Of a stretch of 64,000 bases of DNA, positions 37,201 to 49,529 are shown piece after piece. The position numbers were made by a program, and so were the translations under genes. This DNA comes from Narcine bancroftii (Eukaryota): positions 229,772,001 to 229,836,000 of the forward strand of contig NC_091472.1 of NCBI RefSeq assembly GCF_036971445.1. Direction: 5' to 3'. The notes under the pieces are model-generated. The model was not told the origin of the DNA and did not search any database. It saw only the letters and a program-made list of their open reading frames with translations. Every line of letters begins with the position of its first letter. Positions within the stretch are counted from its first letter, which is position 1.

Positions 37201-40200
37201 TTACTTAGATCTTCACCACGGATGGCCAAAATCCCTTTTTTTGCCTGATGCAATTTACTAACGTGCACATGATATAGGTATTGGGGATTTGATAAACTGA
37301 GAGACTGTGGCTGAATTTTAGAGTGAGGAAGATCTCCTTTGTATCACATGTTCTATAGTCATCACTCCCTGGAGGATGGAGAACTGTGAGGTCAATGTAT
37401 GGTGGGTGGGGGCAGCGTGATGTACACCATTATTTGGGTTGACTTCCCTCAGAACTATTAATTCGTTCCAATTTTAGGAGGAATTGCTATATGAGGTTAC
37501 CCTCATGGATTGGCTTAATGTTGCTATTGTTTTGAAAGTCCAAGACTGTCATCCGGCGAACCTCAATCATTGAGATCCTCATATTCGATCTTGTTGCTGA
37601 GAGGCAATAAATTAAACTTACCTTTGAATGCTCCTCCAGTGAAGACTCTTCTGATCTGCTTTTCACCTATATGATAATATTAAGATATGTATGTTGAACA
37701 CATTGCAGAATACACTTGATAATAATAAGCTTGTATTAAAGAACAAACAACATTGCATGATAGACATAAAATTGATGACCATCAAAATTTCTTTCATTTA
37801 TAATTATTGTGTTGAGCACTGTGCAACTGTTGGTGGATCCTGACGACCGATGCTCTACAAATAATGTCGTCACCACAATCCCATTACTTAGATATTCCTT
37901 CATCTTCAGGGGAGAAAACATTCACCTTCCATATTGAGGACAATTTTATTATCCCTTGATGAATTTTTGAAATATTTGTCTGCAATCAGGCACCTGATTT
38001 CTCTCCCCTAATGCACTGAACTGAAATAACTTCATAGCTCCGTTCTGGAAAAGCTGAATACGAGATTTTACAACTTTATGGATAATTGAGAAAATCATTT
38101 GTCAATACTCACATTTGAAATGTCCTCAAGTGATGACTCTATCGATTCTGTTAAATCCTGTTGGAAAAATGCAATATTCACATGTTTAGTCCAGGAAATC
38201 AATAAGAATTTAGCAAAAAAAAACTCATGGGGTTTCAAATCCCATTGACTTGAAATGTATAACTGTGCGGTTACCTCAAAGCTAGTTTCAATCGATTCCA
38301 TGGAGTCACTCTCGCTGTCAACAGTCTTCAGACCTTCACACTCCACATCAACGTATGCCACCTTATCAGCAAAATATTCCACCCGGCTTTTGCAAAACCC
38401 TCCTTCCTGTTGGAATAACATGTTGGGTCAAGTCACAAATTATTGCAGAGTCTGGACTGAAACAGGATGTGATTTAGAATATAGAGCATTACTGCCCTTC
38501 AGCCTATGCTGTGGTACTAACCTATGGAAACACACACCATAACAATCTGAATTTTCCCCACCTCCCACCCATAACTCTATTTTCCCGACATCCAAGTGCA
38601 CATCTAAGAGCTTTTTGAATGTCCCTATTGTACCATTTATCCAGCATCACCACCAATGCATTCCAGGCACCCACCACTATCTGTGTGAAAAACTTACCTC
38701 TGATATCTCCCCAAACCTTTCTCCAATCACCTTCAATATATGTTCTATTATAGTTGCTGATGTTGCCCCTGGAAAATGGTTCTGGCTGCCCACCCTATCT
38801 CAGTCCTTCAACATTTTAACTGTGTACCTCAGTTAAGTGACCTCTCATCTTTCGTCACTCCAAAGAGAAAAGCACTAGCTCTGCCAACCTTGCTTCATAT
38901 GACATATTCTACAATTCAGGCAACATCCTGGTAAATCTCCTCTTCACCCTCTCAAAAGCATTTACATCCGTCCTGTGATGACGTGACCAGAACTGGTTTA
39001 ATCTTCATTGTTCATCATTTTGCAGCTCCTAATCCACAATGGCAGGTGTTATTGCAATCTTCATCAGTTTTCGAGGCAGTCATGGCCTTCTTGTTATATC
39101 GTCAGAATTCGTGGAGTCATACAGCCCATTGGGTATGTACTAACAATTAAGCATTTATTTTACACTGATCCCATTGCTCCTCTCCAATCTCCATTCTGTC
39201 ACCTTCACCCCCACGATTCCCTGGCCAGCAATCTACCCACAGGGAAACTAACCAGTCCAAAGGATCTTTGGATTGGGAGGAAACCACACAGCCACAGGGA
39301 GAAGATGCAAACTCCACACAGGTAGTACCTGAGGTCAATAAACTGGAGCTGTGGAGCCACTTCAATGCTATCTCAACAGCAACACTCTTTACTCAAGGTC
39401 ACCTTTATTGTCATGTGAGAAAGTTTGTTTTTAAATAGTCCAGCAAGACGACCCAAACTTAGCACACACATAGTTTCTTTTGATATAACTCAGAACCCAG
39501 GGGTCTTTGAACCAGGTAATTTTATGCACTTTTAATTTCAGGAGTTTTGTGCTGTGGTCCAATACACTCCTCACAGAGGATTCTGGTACCATATGATGCT
39601 CAGGACTCACCGCGATCTTTCTGGGGCGGAAGTAGCAGCTGGGATCATCAAATTCCAGTCCGGAATTCTTGGAACAGACGGTTTCTTTCACGGAGAATGT
39701 TAAATCCACGTTGTAGGACAGTTTGCCCGTGCGATAAGTCTATTAACAGGAAACAGGTCATGAATGTTAGCCATTGTAAATTGGTCAGATAAAGCTTAGA
39801 ACAAAAATCTGAATGTTCCCTGTCAGTGGTTACAATGGGCCATCGGAATGACAGGGCAAGACAGACTAGAGATTAAACTCAACTCAGCAACTATTTAACC
39901 CTTTGTCCTTCAGTGTGAAGATGTATTGGAGCCTTTAATTTTAAGGGGATATGAATGAATAAGTCTCCGACAATCAGGATTTGGAAATATATTTAAGAAG
40001 AAATATATATAAGAAGAATATGGATGATTTTCAAACAACAGTTTCACATGTGGCTCCAATCTCCAAGGATAATGAAAGATTCAGAATTTCAATTCTTGAA
40101 CTGAGACAGACACAAATTTATATATAGAGAGAGAGCATTACAGCACGGGCCCTTCAGCTCACTATGTTGTGCCAAACTATGTCAACCTTTTCCTCAACAA

Positions 40201-40605
40201 TCTACTTTATCCTTATCCAACACCCATTCTCCTCTGTTTTGTTCCTGGTCACTGAACAGTGTTGTAATGTGCTGTTCCTGCAGACCCCATCTGCGAAATC
40301 CACCTAAACCAGGAGACACAAACCAGGAGACACTTACATTGGTCATTCTCCTCCCAGTGATGCCACACAGGTTGGGGATCCCAGTGATATCATTCAATTT
40401 CAGAACTGAGGCTCTCAGAGCATCCTCAGGTACGGGCACCCCTGTAGAGAGAGAAGGAACATTTTACCAGCTGATTCCTTTACACAGGAGAACGTTATCA
40501 CGGACTGAAGCCCATTGACAATCTGTGAGATTCCCACTCTCCCCTGAACCTACCTGAGCAGTGGAGGATCTGCACTGCAGCAAGGGCGAGCAAAAAGGAC
40601 AGCAT
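34250..40605 (-). CDS. spp2: SPP2-like secreted phosphoprotein, copy D (module exon 9 has a broken donor)
   Basis: Exons: 40605-40554 MLSFLLALAAVQILHCS; 40441-40338 GVPVPEDALRASVLKLNDITGIPNLCGITGRRMTN; 39739-39611; 38406-38275 ...SMESIETSFE; 38157-38113 DLTESIESSLEDISN; 37666-37622 VKSRSEESSLEEHSK; 36747-36703; 36149-36105 VKTRPVEASLENTSD; [35329-35285 VRSQSEETEIRESSN, donor GAAAGT]; 34447-34403; 34279-34250 EYEDSRHQH*. Confidence 0.8.
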
Positions 40606-40666
40606 TCTCCGCTCGTAGGGTTAGTTGCTGGTTTCTCAGAGTAAAAGAGCTACTTCTCTCTCTCTC

Positions 40667-40719
<53 letters not shown>

Positions 40720-40744
40720 CTTCCCTCACCTCTCTGCCTTCAGT

Positions 40745-40785
40745 CTTTATATCTTGCACCTCAACCACATGCAAACACTGACTCA
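40745..40785 (-). promoter_or_regulatory. Core promoter of copy D
   Basis: TATAAAG 40745-40751, AACCACA 40763-40769, TGACTCA 40779-40785. Confidence 0.6.
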
Positions 40786-42287
40786 TGTTTATCCAGCTTG
40801 TTGACCGTGGGCAGAGGAATCAGATGAAAGGAGGGAGAACTCTTATATGGGCAGAACTTCCTCCAGGTTGCGTCATCATGTTTGGAATTGGTGGGAGAAG
40901 TGTGAAATCAGGGTTTATTCCTGTTCATGTGAAATAATAAACTAACGGATTCAAGGAGATGATGATCTCTGATCTGAACAGCACAGCTCTTAATGCAGTG
41001 GAATTTCCCTCCACATTTTACAGGTTGTGGATCATTTTTACAGCCTCAGCATTTTCCTACATGCTTCCAGAATCAAAGATTAATCAGTTGATCTCTGTTG
41101 CCAGCAAGATTTTCCCCAAGATTCCAGATTCCATTTTATTCCCAAAAATCTCTCCTATGCTTTGCTTTGGCCTCAAAAGGGGTGAATGACGAATGGATCG
41201 ACTAGGACAGCGTCTCGATTTCAATCAGCTTTGTCTTTTATATTTAGATCGTTATTGGCCATACAAGCTGGAGAGTGAGTGATTTTGGGGTGGGGGGGGG
41301 GTGCGGTCTGTGTGGTGGATATCGGAATCAGAGTCCAAATTTATTGTCATGGACATATTATGAAATTTGTTGTTTTGTGGCATTGTTACAGAATCAAAAT
41401 CGCTATAGATTATACATTTAAAAAATAAGTTAGTGAAAAGCAGAGAAAGTGAGGTAGTGTCTGGGGTTCATTGACCATTAAGGAAACTGATGGTGGAGGG
41501 GAAGAAGCTGTTTTTGTGCTATTGGGTGTTTGTTTTCAGACACCTGTATCTCATTCCTACTGGTAGCAGTGAGGTGAGGACCCTTGATGATGGAGGCTGC
41601 TTTCTTGAGACACCACCTCTTTGAAGTGTCCTTAATGGAGTGAAGACTGATGTCCATGATGTCATTGTGCAAGTTCACATCTCTGTGGCCTTTTCCAGTT
41701 CTGTGCATTGACATCTCCATAGCAGATTGTGATGCAACCAGACAGAATGCTCTACATGTTACCTCAGTAAAAATTTGCAAGAGACCTTGGTGACATAACA
41801 GTTCTCCTCAAACTGTTCACAATGTATAGCTGTTTGTGTGACCACTTCATGATTGTATCAGGACGGAGCTGCAGGATAGATCTTTAGGGACGTTGACAAC
41901 CAGGAACTTGAAGTTCTTCACCATTTCCATTGCTGATTCCTCAATGAGGACAAGTTTATGTTGAAACCCTCTGGAACTCCGATTATCCAATATGGTCAGG
42001 ACCAGGCCTATTTCAGATAAATGATATTTTCAGATATCTGGTACTTTTTAAAAACATCCCAGTAACACCAGAAAATCATTTTAAACAATGTTTAAACAAC
42101 AACATTCAATGGGGGAAGGCTTTTAAAGCATGAAATAGTGTATAATTCTCACCAAAAACAACCTGAACAAAGTAAGATAAATCCAATACCAAAAACTCAA
42201 AATTCTACTCAGAGGTTTTTCCAAATTTTTAAAATTTATTTAATCTGTGTCGTATGTTTGGCTCCAAAAAGATTTCGGATAGCTGAG

Positions 42288-42518
42288 TGTGATAGTACAG
42301 ATTCTATCACCAATGTGTATATGTATAGATTGTAGTGTAGGATGACTGTGATTGGCTGAGAGCGTAGCCACGCCTACTGGCAGGTCTTAAAGGGTTCCTC
42401 CTAGCCAGACCAGGTCATTCTGCACTGGTTGACCTACATGTGATGCGCTCCAGTCTTCTAGTTAATAAAAGCCTTGGTTTGGATCAACAAGCCTTTGATT
42501 CTTTTGACACGCTCTATA
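42288..42518 (+). mobile_element. Solo LTR-like element (related copy at 63510-63749, opposite strand), nested in a Tc1/mariner-like element ~41970-42752
   Basis: Termini tgtgatagtacag...gctctata, near-TSD ctgag/ctgac, and an AATAAA. The 63510 copy is the reverse complement. Confidence 0.6.
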
Positions 42519-42999
42519 CTGACAATTTCTTATTGTTTCGGATATCCTCATTTATCCGAAAAATTTTGGAGGTGAAATGACACCATTTTGGCTTTAAATT
42601 TTCGGGATAAATGAGGATTTCTGATTTTTCTGAAATCCTCAATTTTCCAAAAAGATTTTTAGAGCCAAATAGACGTTACTTCCGGGTCCAAAAATTTTTT
42701 GAAAAACTGAGGATTTAGGATAATCTGATTTTGGATAATTGGAGTTTTACTGTATGTCAGGTTTGATTGTCCTTGGTGATGCTGTTTCTTCATTGTTCTG
42801 TCACTTCCTGGAGCTTGTCCAAGGTCTTGCTGTGTCGATCCATTTTTCAGTCATTGAACAACAATAGACACCAGGCTGTTAACTGCAGCTGGCATCAGTG
42901 TTCACACTGATTTCATTCCCAAATGTTCCTCTGAGCAGAAGAGATGGAGTTTAGTTTGGGGATTGATGTTGTGGGCTGAAGGGCTTGTTCCTGTGTAGC

Positions 43000-43960
43000 A
43001 AAAACACAGCAGGTCAAACAGCAAACTTTATATAGCAAAGAATAAGTTACATCACCCCTGTTTTGTGTTTGAGTCCTTCATCAAAGTAAGTACCTGAATA
43101 ATTGGATAAGGAAGGGTGAGCACAACATCAACCAGGCGGAGGAGGGTTGGCTCTGGGAATGGAGGGGGAAAGGAGTAGAGAGCTGGAGGAAAGGAATCAA
43201 AAGGATAGGGTAGAGAGGGAGAACGTGGAGAGGTCTCGCAGAAACCGGAGATATTAATGTTAATGCCATCTGGTTGGAAAGAGCCCAGACGGAATATTAG
43301 GAGTTGCTCCTTCAATTTACAGGTGGCCTTGGTTCGGCAGTGCATGAGACCAGGGCCAGATATATCGGTGTGGGAGTGGGGCGCAGAATTAAAATGGTTG
43401 GCCTTTTTGAGTTCTCTATCATTGATGTGGGCAGAGTTCTCCTCTGCTCCCTGAAGGGAGTTCCGCAGGAATCTTTCCTCACTTCTTCCCATCAATGACA
43501 GGTGGCCAACCATTTAAATTCTGCAACCCACTCCCGTGTCTACATGTTGCTCCATGGCCTTATGCACTCCCAGACCAACACCACCCGCAAATTGGAAAAG
43601 CAACATCTAATATTCCGTATGGGCTCCCTTCAACTGATGCCATTAACATCAATTTGTCCAGTGACTGCTAGGCCATTCCTGTTTCTACCTCTCTTCCCTA
43701 CCTTTCTGGCTCCTTTCCTCCAGCTCTCCACCTTCTTCCCTTTCCATTGACAAAGCTATCCACCCTCCCCTGCCCACTCTTCCTTCCCCCCCATTTTATT
43801 CAGGCGCCTGCCTGCATTTTTCCAATTCCATGATAAAGACATTAAGACCAAAATGTTGGTTATGCATCTTTATCTTTGATATATAAATAATTCTGTTTGA
43901 CCTGCTGAGTTTGTCCAACATTGTGCTTTTACTTCAATCACTGAATCCTCGGACTTTTGT
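43000..43960. mobile_element. Penelope-like element remnants in inverted arrangement
   Basis: GIY-YIG C-terminal-like peptides HFNSAPHSH...KLKEQLLIFRLGSFQPDGINI (minus, 43052-43513) and HLNSATHS...RKLEKQHLIFRMGSLQ (plus, 43502-43750). Confidence 0.7.
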
Positions 43961-46900
43961 GTCTTACCTGTACTATGATCTGTATATCCAACAAGGTGAA
44001 TAGCCACAGCAGTTTTCCCAGGGTAGGGGAATCTAAAATGAAAGGGCATAGATTTTGGGTGAAGATTTAAAAGGGATCCAAGGGGCACCTACTTTGCAGA
44101 GAGGATGGTGGCGATATGGGGAGCCATTAGTGGAAAAGACCGAAGCAGGTTCAATTGCAATGTTCAAAAGACATCTTGAGAGGAAAGAAAATGTTTAGAG
44201 GGATGCAGGTAAATGGAACGGCCTTGGTCAGCATGGACAAGATGGGCTGAAGGGTCTGTTTCTGTGGTGGAGCACTCTATGATTAAGATCAACCTTGCTC
44301 TTACTGAATGGAGAGTAGGAACAGGTTTCTTCCTTTTTCTGCTCTTCATGTTTTGTGTCCTCATTTTCACCCTGTCAGAGCATAATATTTTTTTAAGTTC
44401 CGATTAAATTCATCCTCCCCTGCACCAGTGCAAATACTTCAGAGTTTTAAATTTAACTTTCATCCTCAACGTGCCAGTGACTGTGTCCGATTCATATTGC
44501 GTGGTTCAACATCCTCTCTGCATCTCTGGCAGGACAAGTTGAGCACAGGCACAGGATGTACCAGGAGCTGGTGGCAAGCTTCATTTGAAGTTGAGACTCA
44601 ACCCTGGAATCTCCCTTCTGTCACCTCCTTGCCCAGGTGAAGTGCAACATCAGGGAAGAGATCAGAGACCAGCAGCCATGTCATTCCATTCCATCTGCAG
44701 GGTCTTCCAGTGACAGTGGCGGGACGGACCCAGTTCCTCCTGTGCCCCACATCTCTCAGCACGGCCACGATTTTCAAGGCATCGCTCCAACAATGACAAC
44801 CTTTGTTTCTTCATTATCGATGGCTACACTTGGAGCCAGCGTGGCAGTGTTTGGATGATCCAATAGGAGCTGATGCTTCTGAACAGTGAGCCCTATGTGG
44901 GTGTACCTGGTCAGTGCTGAACGTGGGGCAATGGGTTCATGTTGGCCCAGTCCAAGGTGGTTTGGTGGGCAGCTCATAAACTGACGCTCTGTCTCTCTGC
45001 CAACCTGGTTTGTGTGGGATGCATTTCCCAGATCACTGCCAGGAACACATCATCACAGTTTGCTGACGTATAAACTTGCAGCCTGCAGATAAACAGTTGG
45101 TAAAGACTGCAAGCAATTGAGCCTGCAGGAAACCAACACCATCATACCGGTGCCACCAAATCCCAGAGCGGCCCCTGAGACAAATGATACCAGAATGGGC
45201 CGTTCTAGTCAAGTCGTGTCCTGCTAAACCCCGCAGTGGTGCAGTAAACAGCTGAGGTGTTGATTGACCTGTGCTCACTATTCCCCTAATGTACATGGTC
45301 ACAGGGAGTGATCACAGGCCCTGTGGTCACTGCACACCATGAAAACGAGTAGATCCTCATGACTGCCAGATGCCCCTTTGTTCCATTCTCTCCGCCCACA
45401 ATGAGTTCTGGTTGCCCTATTTCCAGCTAAATGGCACCTGGAAAGAACCATCAGCCCCGCTGATAAACTTTCTCTGCTACGTGCTCCCAATCACAGAAAT
45501 ATTCGGCACTCCAAGTGTAGATGCTCCACCTATGTATCGGATTTGGACTGGGAATTGTTGACAGGGGTACCAAACACCTGTGGTCAGGCTTCTTGGCTCC
45601 TGGGATGTGTGTGGGAGAGAGAGGGGAAGAGGAGAAATGAGAACATCAAAACAATTAGAGGAGGTAAACAGCTGACCAGAAGGATAAACTGTCCAGGGAA
45701 ACAGGAGTCAACATCTGCACCAAAATATCCACCGTATTTTGAACAAGTTTATGTTATTGCCATTTTAATGATAAACATTGAATTTTTTTTAGCACTGGCC
45801 AATTATTTGTAGGGAGGTGTTTCCCAACTTCATTTTTTATGGTTTGAATTTACCCTTTCCGCCACAGCATCAGTTAGAACCAAGAACACTGCAACACACT
45901 ACAGGCCCTTCAGCCCTTGATATTTTGCTGACTTGTGACCAATGTTGATCTTGGGAAGAGAAGAAGCATTTGGACAGGGGCAGGAGGTCTGTTGAAGGCC
46001 TGCACTCTGTGCACCCAAACAAGGAGTAGACACGAGGAAGATGTGTCCTGTAGTGGGAGAGTCTAGGACCAGAGGGCTCAATCTCAGAATGAAAGGATAT
46101 CCCGAGAACACAGATGAGGAAAACTTTCTTCAGCTAGAGGGTGGTGACTCTGTGAGATTCATCGGAGGCTTTAAGTCACTGGGGAGATTTAAAGTAGAGG
46201 TTGACATATTCTTGATTAGTAAGAGCTTTAAAGGTAATTCAAACTTTAGATTTATTGTCAGAATACATACAACTCTGAGATTCCTTTCTCCCTGTGGGTG
46301 AGGCAGGAGTACCACTTATTGGCAGAGCAAAAAAGAACTGACTCAATGTACACATTTGAACAAAGAAAAATAGCGACTTTCAAGAACTTATCATGCACTC
46401 CACCTCTGTTTCCCCAATGATCACTGGATCGTACACCTCTGGTTTTCCCTTCCTGAAGTCAACAATCATGGGGAGAATGGGAGAAGGTAGGAGAATGGAG
46501 ATGAGAGCAAAAATACATCAGCCCTCAGAATGCAATAGAAAGACAGAGAAGACCCAATGGGCAGAATAGCCTGATTCTGCTCCTCCATCTTATGTTTTCA
46601 TGTGGAGATAATATTAAACCATGACTAGCATCAGCTCTTCATCCTATTCACCAGTTATCTTCTCTGATCCACCGTGCAAAGCCAATTATAAACAAATAAA
46701 TCAGTTTATCATTGTGACTGAGAGTTTATTGTAATGTACATAATCTTCCTTAAATCTTCGTCCGCGAAGCCAAGCCAAAGAAGATTACATAATGTACAGA
46801 TGTAATGAATTCTGCTTCTCCAGCTTTCCAGTTACATAAAACACATGAACAACAATTGAAGTATCATTGAGATGCCACAGAGTTAAAAAAATTCAAAATA

Positions 46901-46975
46901 AATATAAGAGGAAGAGAAAAGCTGGCCAGCAGTGCAACGAGTAGGTATGTCAGCAGAACGGACAGTACCATAAGT

Positions 46976-49093
46976 ATGTATAGATTCCTGCAATTATTGA
47001 ATATCCCTAAAATTTCTTCTAATGATCAACTTTTATTGGAAGTTCCAATATCAGAAATGGAATTTTTTAAAGCTATTTCCTCTCTTCAATCTGCCAAAGT
47101 TCCAGGCCCGGATGGTTATACTATTGAGCATTTAAAAATCTTTTGCGAACATACTAATGCCTTGATTGTGTAGGGTGTTTAATGATTCTGTATCTCTTGG
47201 AACTTTGCCACAGACATTTTATGAAGCATCAATTTTGTTAATTCCTTAGAAAGATAAGGTCTCTTTAGGTTGTGATCCCTATAGATCAATATCGTTGTTG
47301 AATGTTGATTCCAAAATTCTTTCCAAGATTTTAGTTTTTAGATTGGAAAATATTCTTCATCAGATAATTTCTATAGACCAAACAGGATTTATAAAGAATT
47401 GTTATTCACATTTTAATATTCCTAGGTTACTGCATCGACTAATATTCCAGAATGTATAGTGTTGTTAGATGCACAAAAGGTTTTTGATAGAGTGGAATGG
47501 AAATATCTGTTTGAAGTTTGGAAAAGATTCAATTTCGGTCCTGGTTTTATTTCATGGATTAATTTGATCTATCATGCTCCAGTAATTAATCAAATTTCCT
47601 CTTTTTTAATCTGTTTCGAGGAACTAGATGGGGTTGTCTATTAAGTCCTTTATTATTTAACCTAGCCTCGGAACCTTTATCGATAGTACTTCTTGATTCC
47701 AGAGGTATTCAGGGTATTAACAGAGGAGATGCAATCCATAAGGTATTTTTATACGCAGATTATATTTTAGTATATATTTCAGATCCTGAAAAATCTATTC
47801 CTTCAATGCTGTCTTTGCTTTCCCTGTATTTTTCAGTCCTTTCATTCTGAGATTTTTCAGTATATTTTCCAGGATATATATTGAATCTCCACAAGAGTGA
47901 ATGGAATATGCATGGACCTCTCTATGAGAATATACCTTTTAGAGTGGTTAAAGAACACTTTACATATCTTGGAGTCAAGATCACTAAAGGATTTAAAGAT
48001 TTATATAAATTTAATTTTCTCTCTTTGATTGAATATGTAAAACAAACACTTTCTAGATCATCTCCATTGGCCATAACTTTAATAGGTTGTATAAATGCAA
48101 TCAAGATAATAATTTTACCCAAATTTTTGTACATATATCCTGTTTTTATTCCTAAATCATTTTTTGATAATATTGGCTCCAAAATTTTCTCTTATATATT
48201 GAATAATAAGAATGCTAAGTTGAGTAAATTTCATTGCAGAAATTAAAGAATGATAGTGGCATGGCTTTACCTAATCTTAGATTTGATTATTGGGCAGTTA
48301 ATATTCGATGTATAATTTTCTGGGTATATTATTCTGACGAACATGAATGCCGTCATTGGAATTGAAATCTGTACAGAGGTATTCATTAGCTTCCTCATTG
48401 GGAGTTGCTCTTCTTTTTACAATTTCTAAGTTTGTCAACATACCTTTAACTCAATTCTTAAAAATACCTCACAGATTTGGTTTCAATTTCACAAATATTT
48501 TGATTAAATTTTTTTAAGTTTATGCAGTACTATTTATCTCAACTATTTTTTCCCATCGGCTATAATGGATCAAGCCTTTTCTTTTTGAAAAAGCAAAAGA
48601 TTTGTCTATTTCCTGTTTCCAGGTGGATTTTTTGGATCTGTTTATTGATCGATGTGTAATGTCTTTTGATACAATATCTAACAAATGTAATGTACCTCAG
48701 TCACATTTTTTTAAATATTTCCAAGATAGAAGTTTTTTTGAATAAGCTATACCTAACTATCCTGTATCATATCAACCTGATTTGGTTGATACTATTTTTC
48801 ATTTGAATCATTTCCATAAGGGTTTAATTGGTAATATTTACAATAATTTATTAAAATTTCAATTGATCTCCAATGATAAAATTAGAGGATCTTGGCAATT
48901 GGAACTTCAGCCACTTCTCCCAGAGGAACTTTGGGAAAAGATTTTTGAAATGGTTAATACCTCTTCATTATGTGTCCAACACTCATTGATTCAGTTTAAA
49001 GTGGTACATTGGGCTCATAGGTCGAAAGATAAATTAGCCCGTATCTTTCCTAATGTTAGTCCTATATGTGATCGATGTAAATCACATGATCAT
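46976..49093 (+). mobile_element. Decayed L1 ORF2 (RT to C-terminal domain)
   Basis: KVPGPDGY, LDAQKVFDRVEW, FTYLGVKIT, ILPKFLY and IQFKVVH...CDRC motifs, with frameshifts. Confidence 0.85.
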
Positions 49094-49529
49094 TGTTATG
49101 AGCCCAGAGGACTCCAAAATCCAGTAGCAATAGATATTCACCAAGACAAATGATTACTTAAACAAAAGTTGCTTTTAATTATCTTTAAACATGAAAACAG
49201 GATCAAACTCAAACTTATTACTATTAACTTACCTAACCTAACTTAACCCCCTTCTAATTCTAAGCACACGTGTATGTAATGTGTGTGTAAGTTCAGAAAA
49301 GTTCTTTAATTCACAGTCCAATCTCACTTCTCATTCCTCGTTCACTGGTTGCAGCCAATTGTTATACTGCGAACAAAATTTAACATTTATGAATCTTCAC
49401 CAGGCTTTGGTGTTTGAAAGGTAAATGGTTACCATTCAGAAACCGCCCAGTTTTCAGAGAAAGATTTGTTATTCGCTGGATACAAACTGATCTCCTCTAA
49501 TCAGCCACTTCAGTGTCTTGCCAAGAAAC

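Larger units (their letters stand above)
10330..41960. repeat. Tandem segmental triplication, unit ~11 kb (about 10.3-21.7k, 21.7-33.3k, 33.3-42k)
   Basis: Introns, flanks and embedded TEs are colinear and highly similar. Stop-codon offsets are 11,367 bp (B to C) and 10,791 bp (C to D). Boundaries are approximate. Confidence 0.9.

Noticed and set aside
44500-45590. Possible Gypsy integrase remnant or host gene fragment
   Set aside because: Too degraded to support a specific call from sequence alone.
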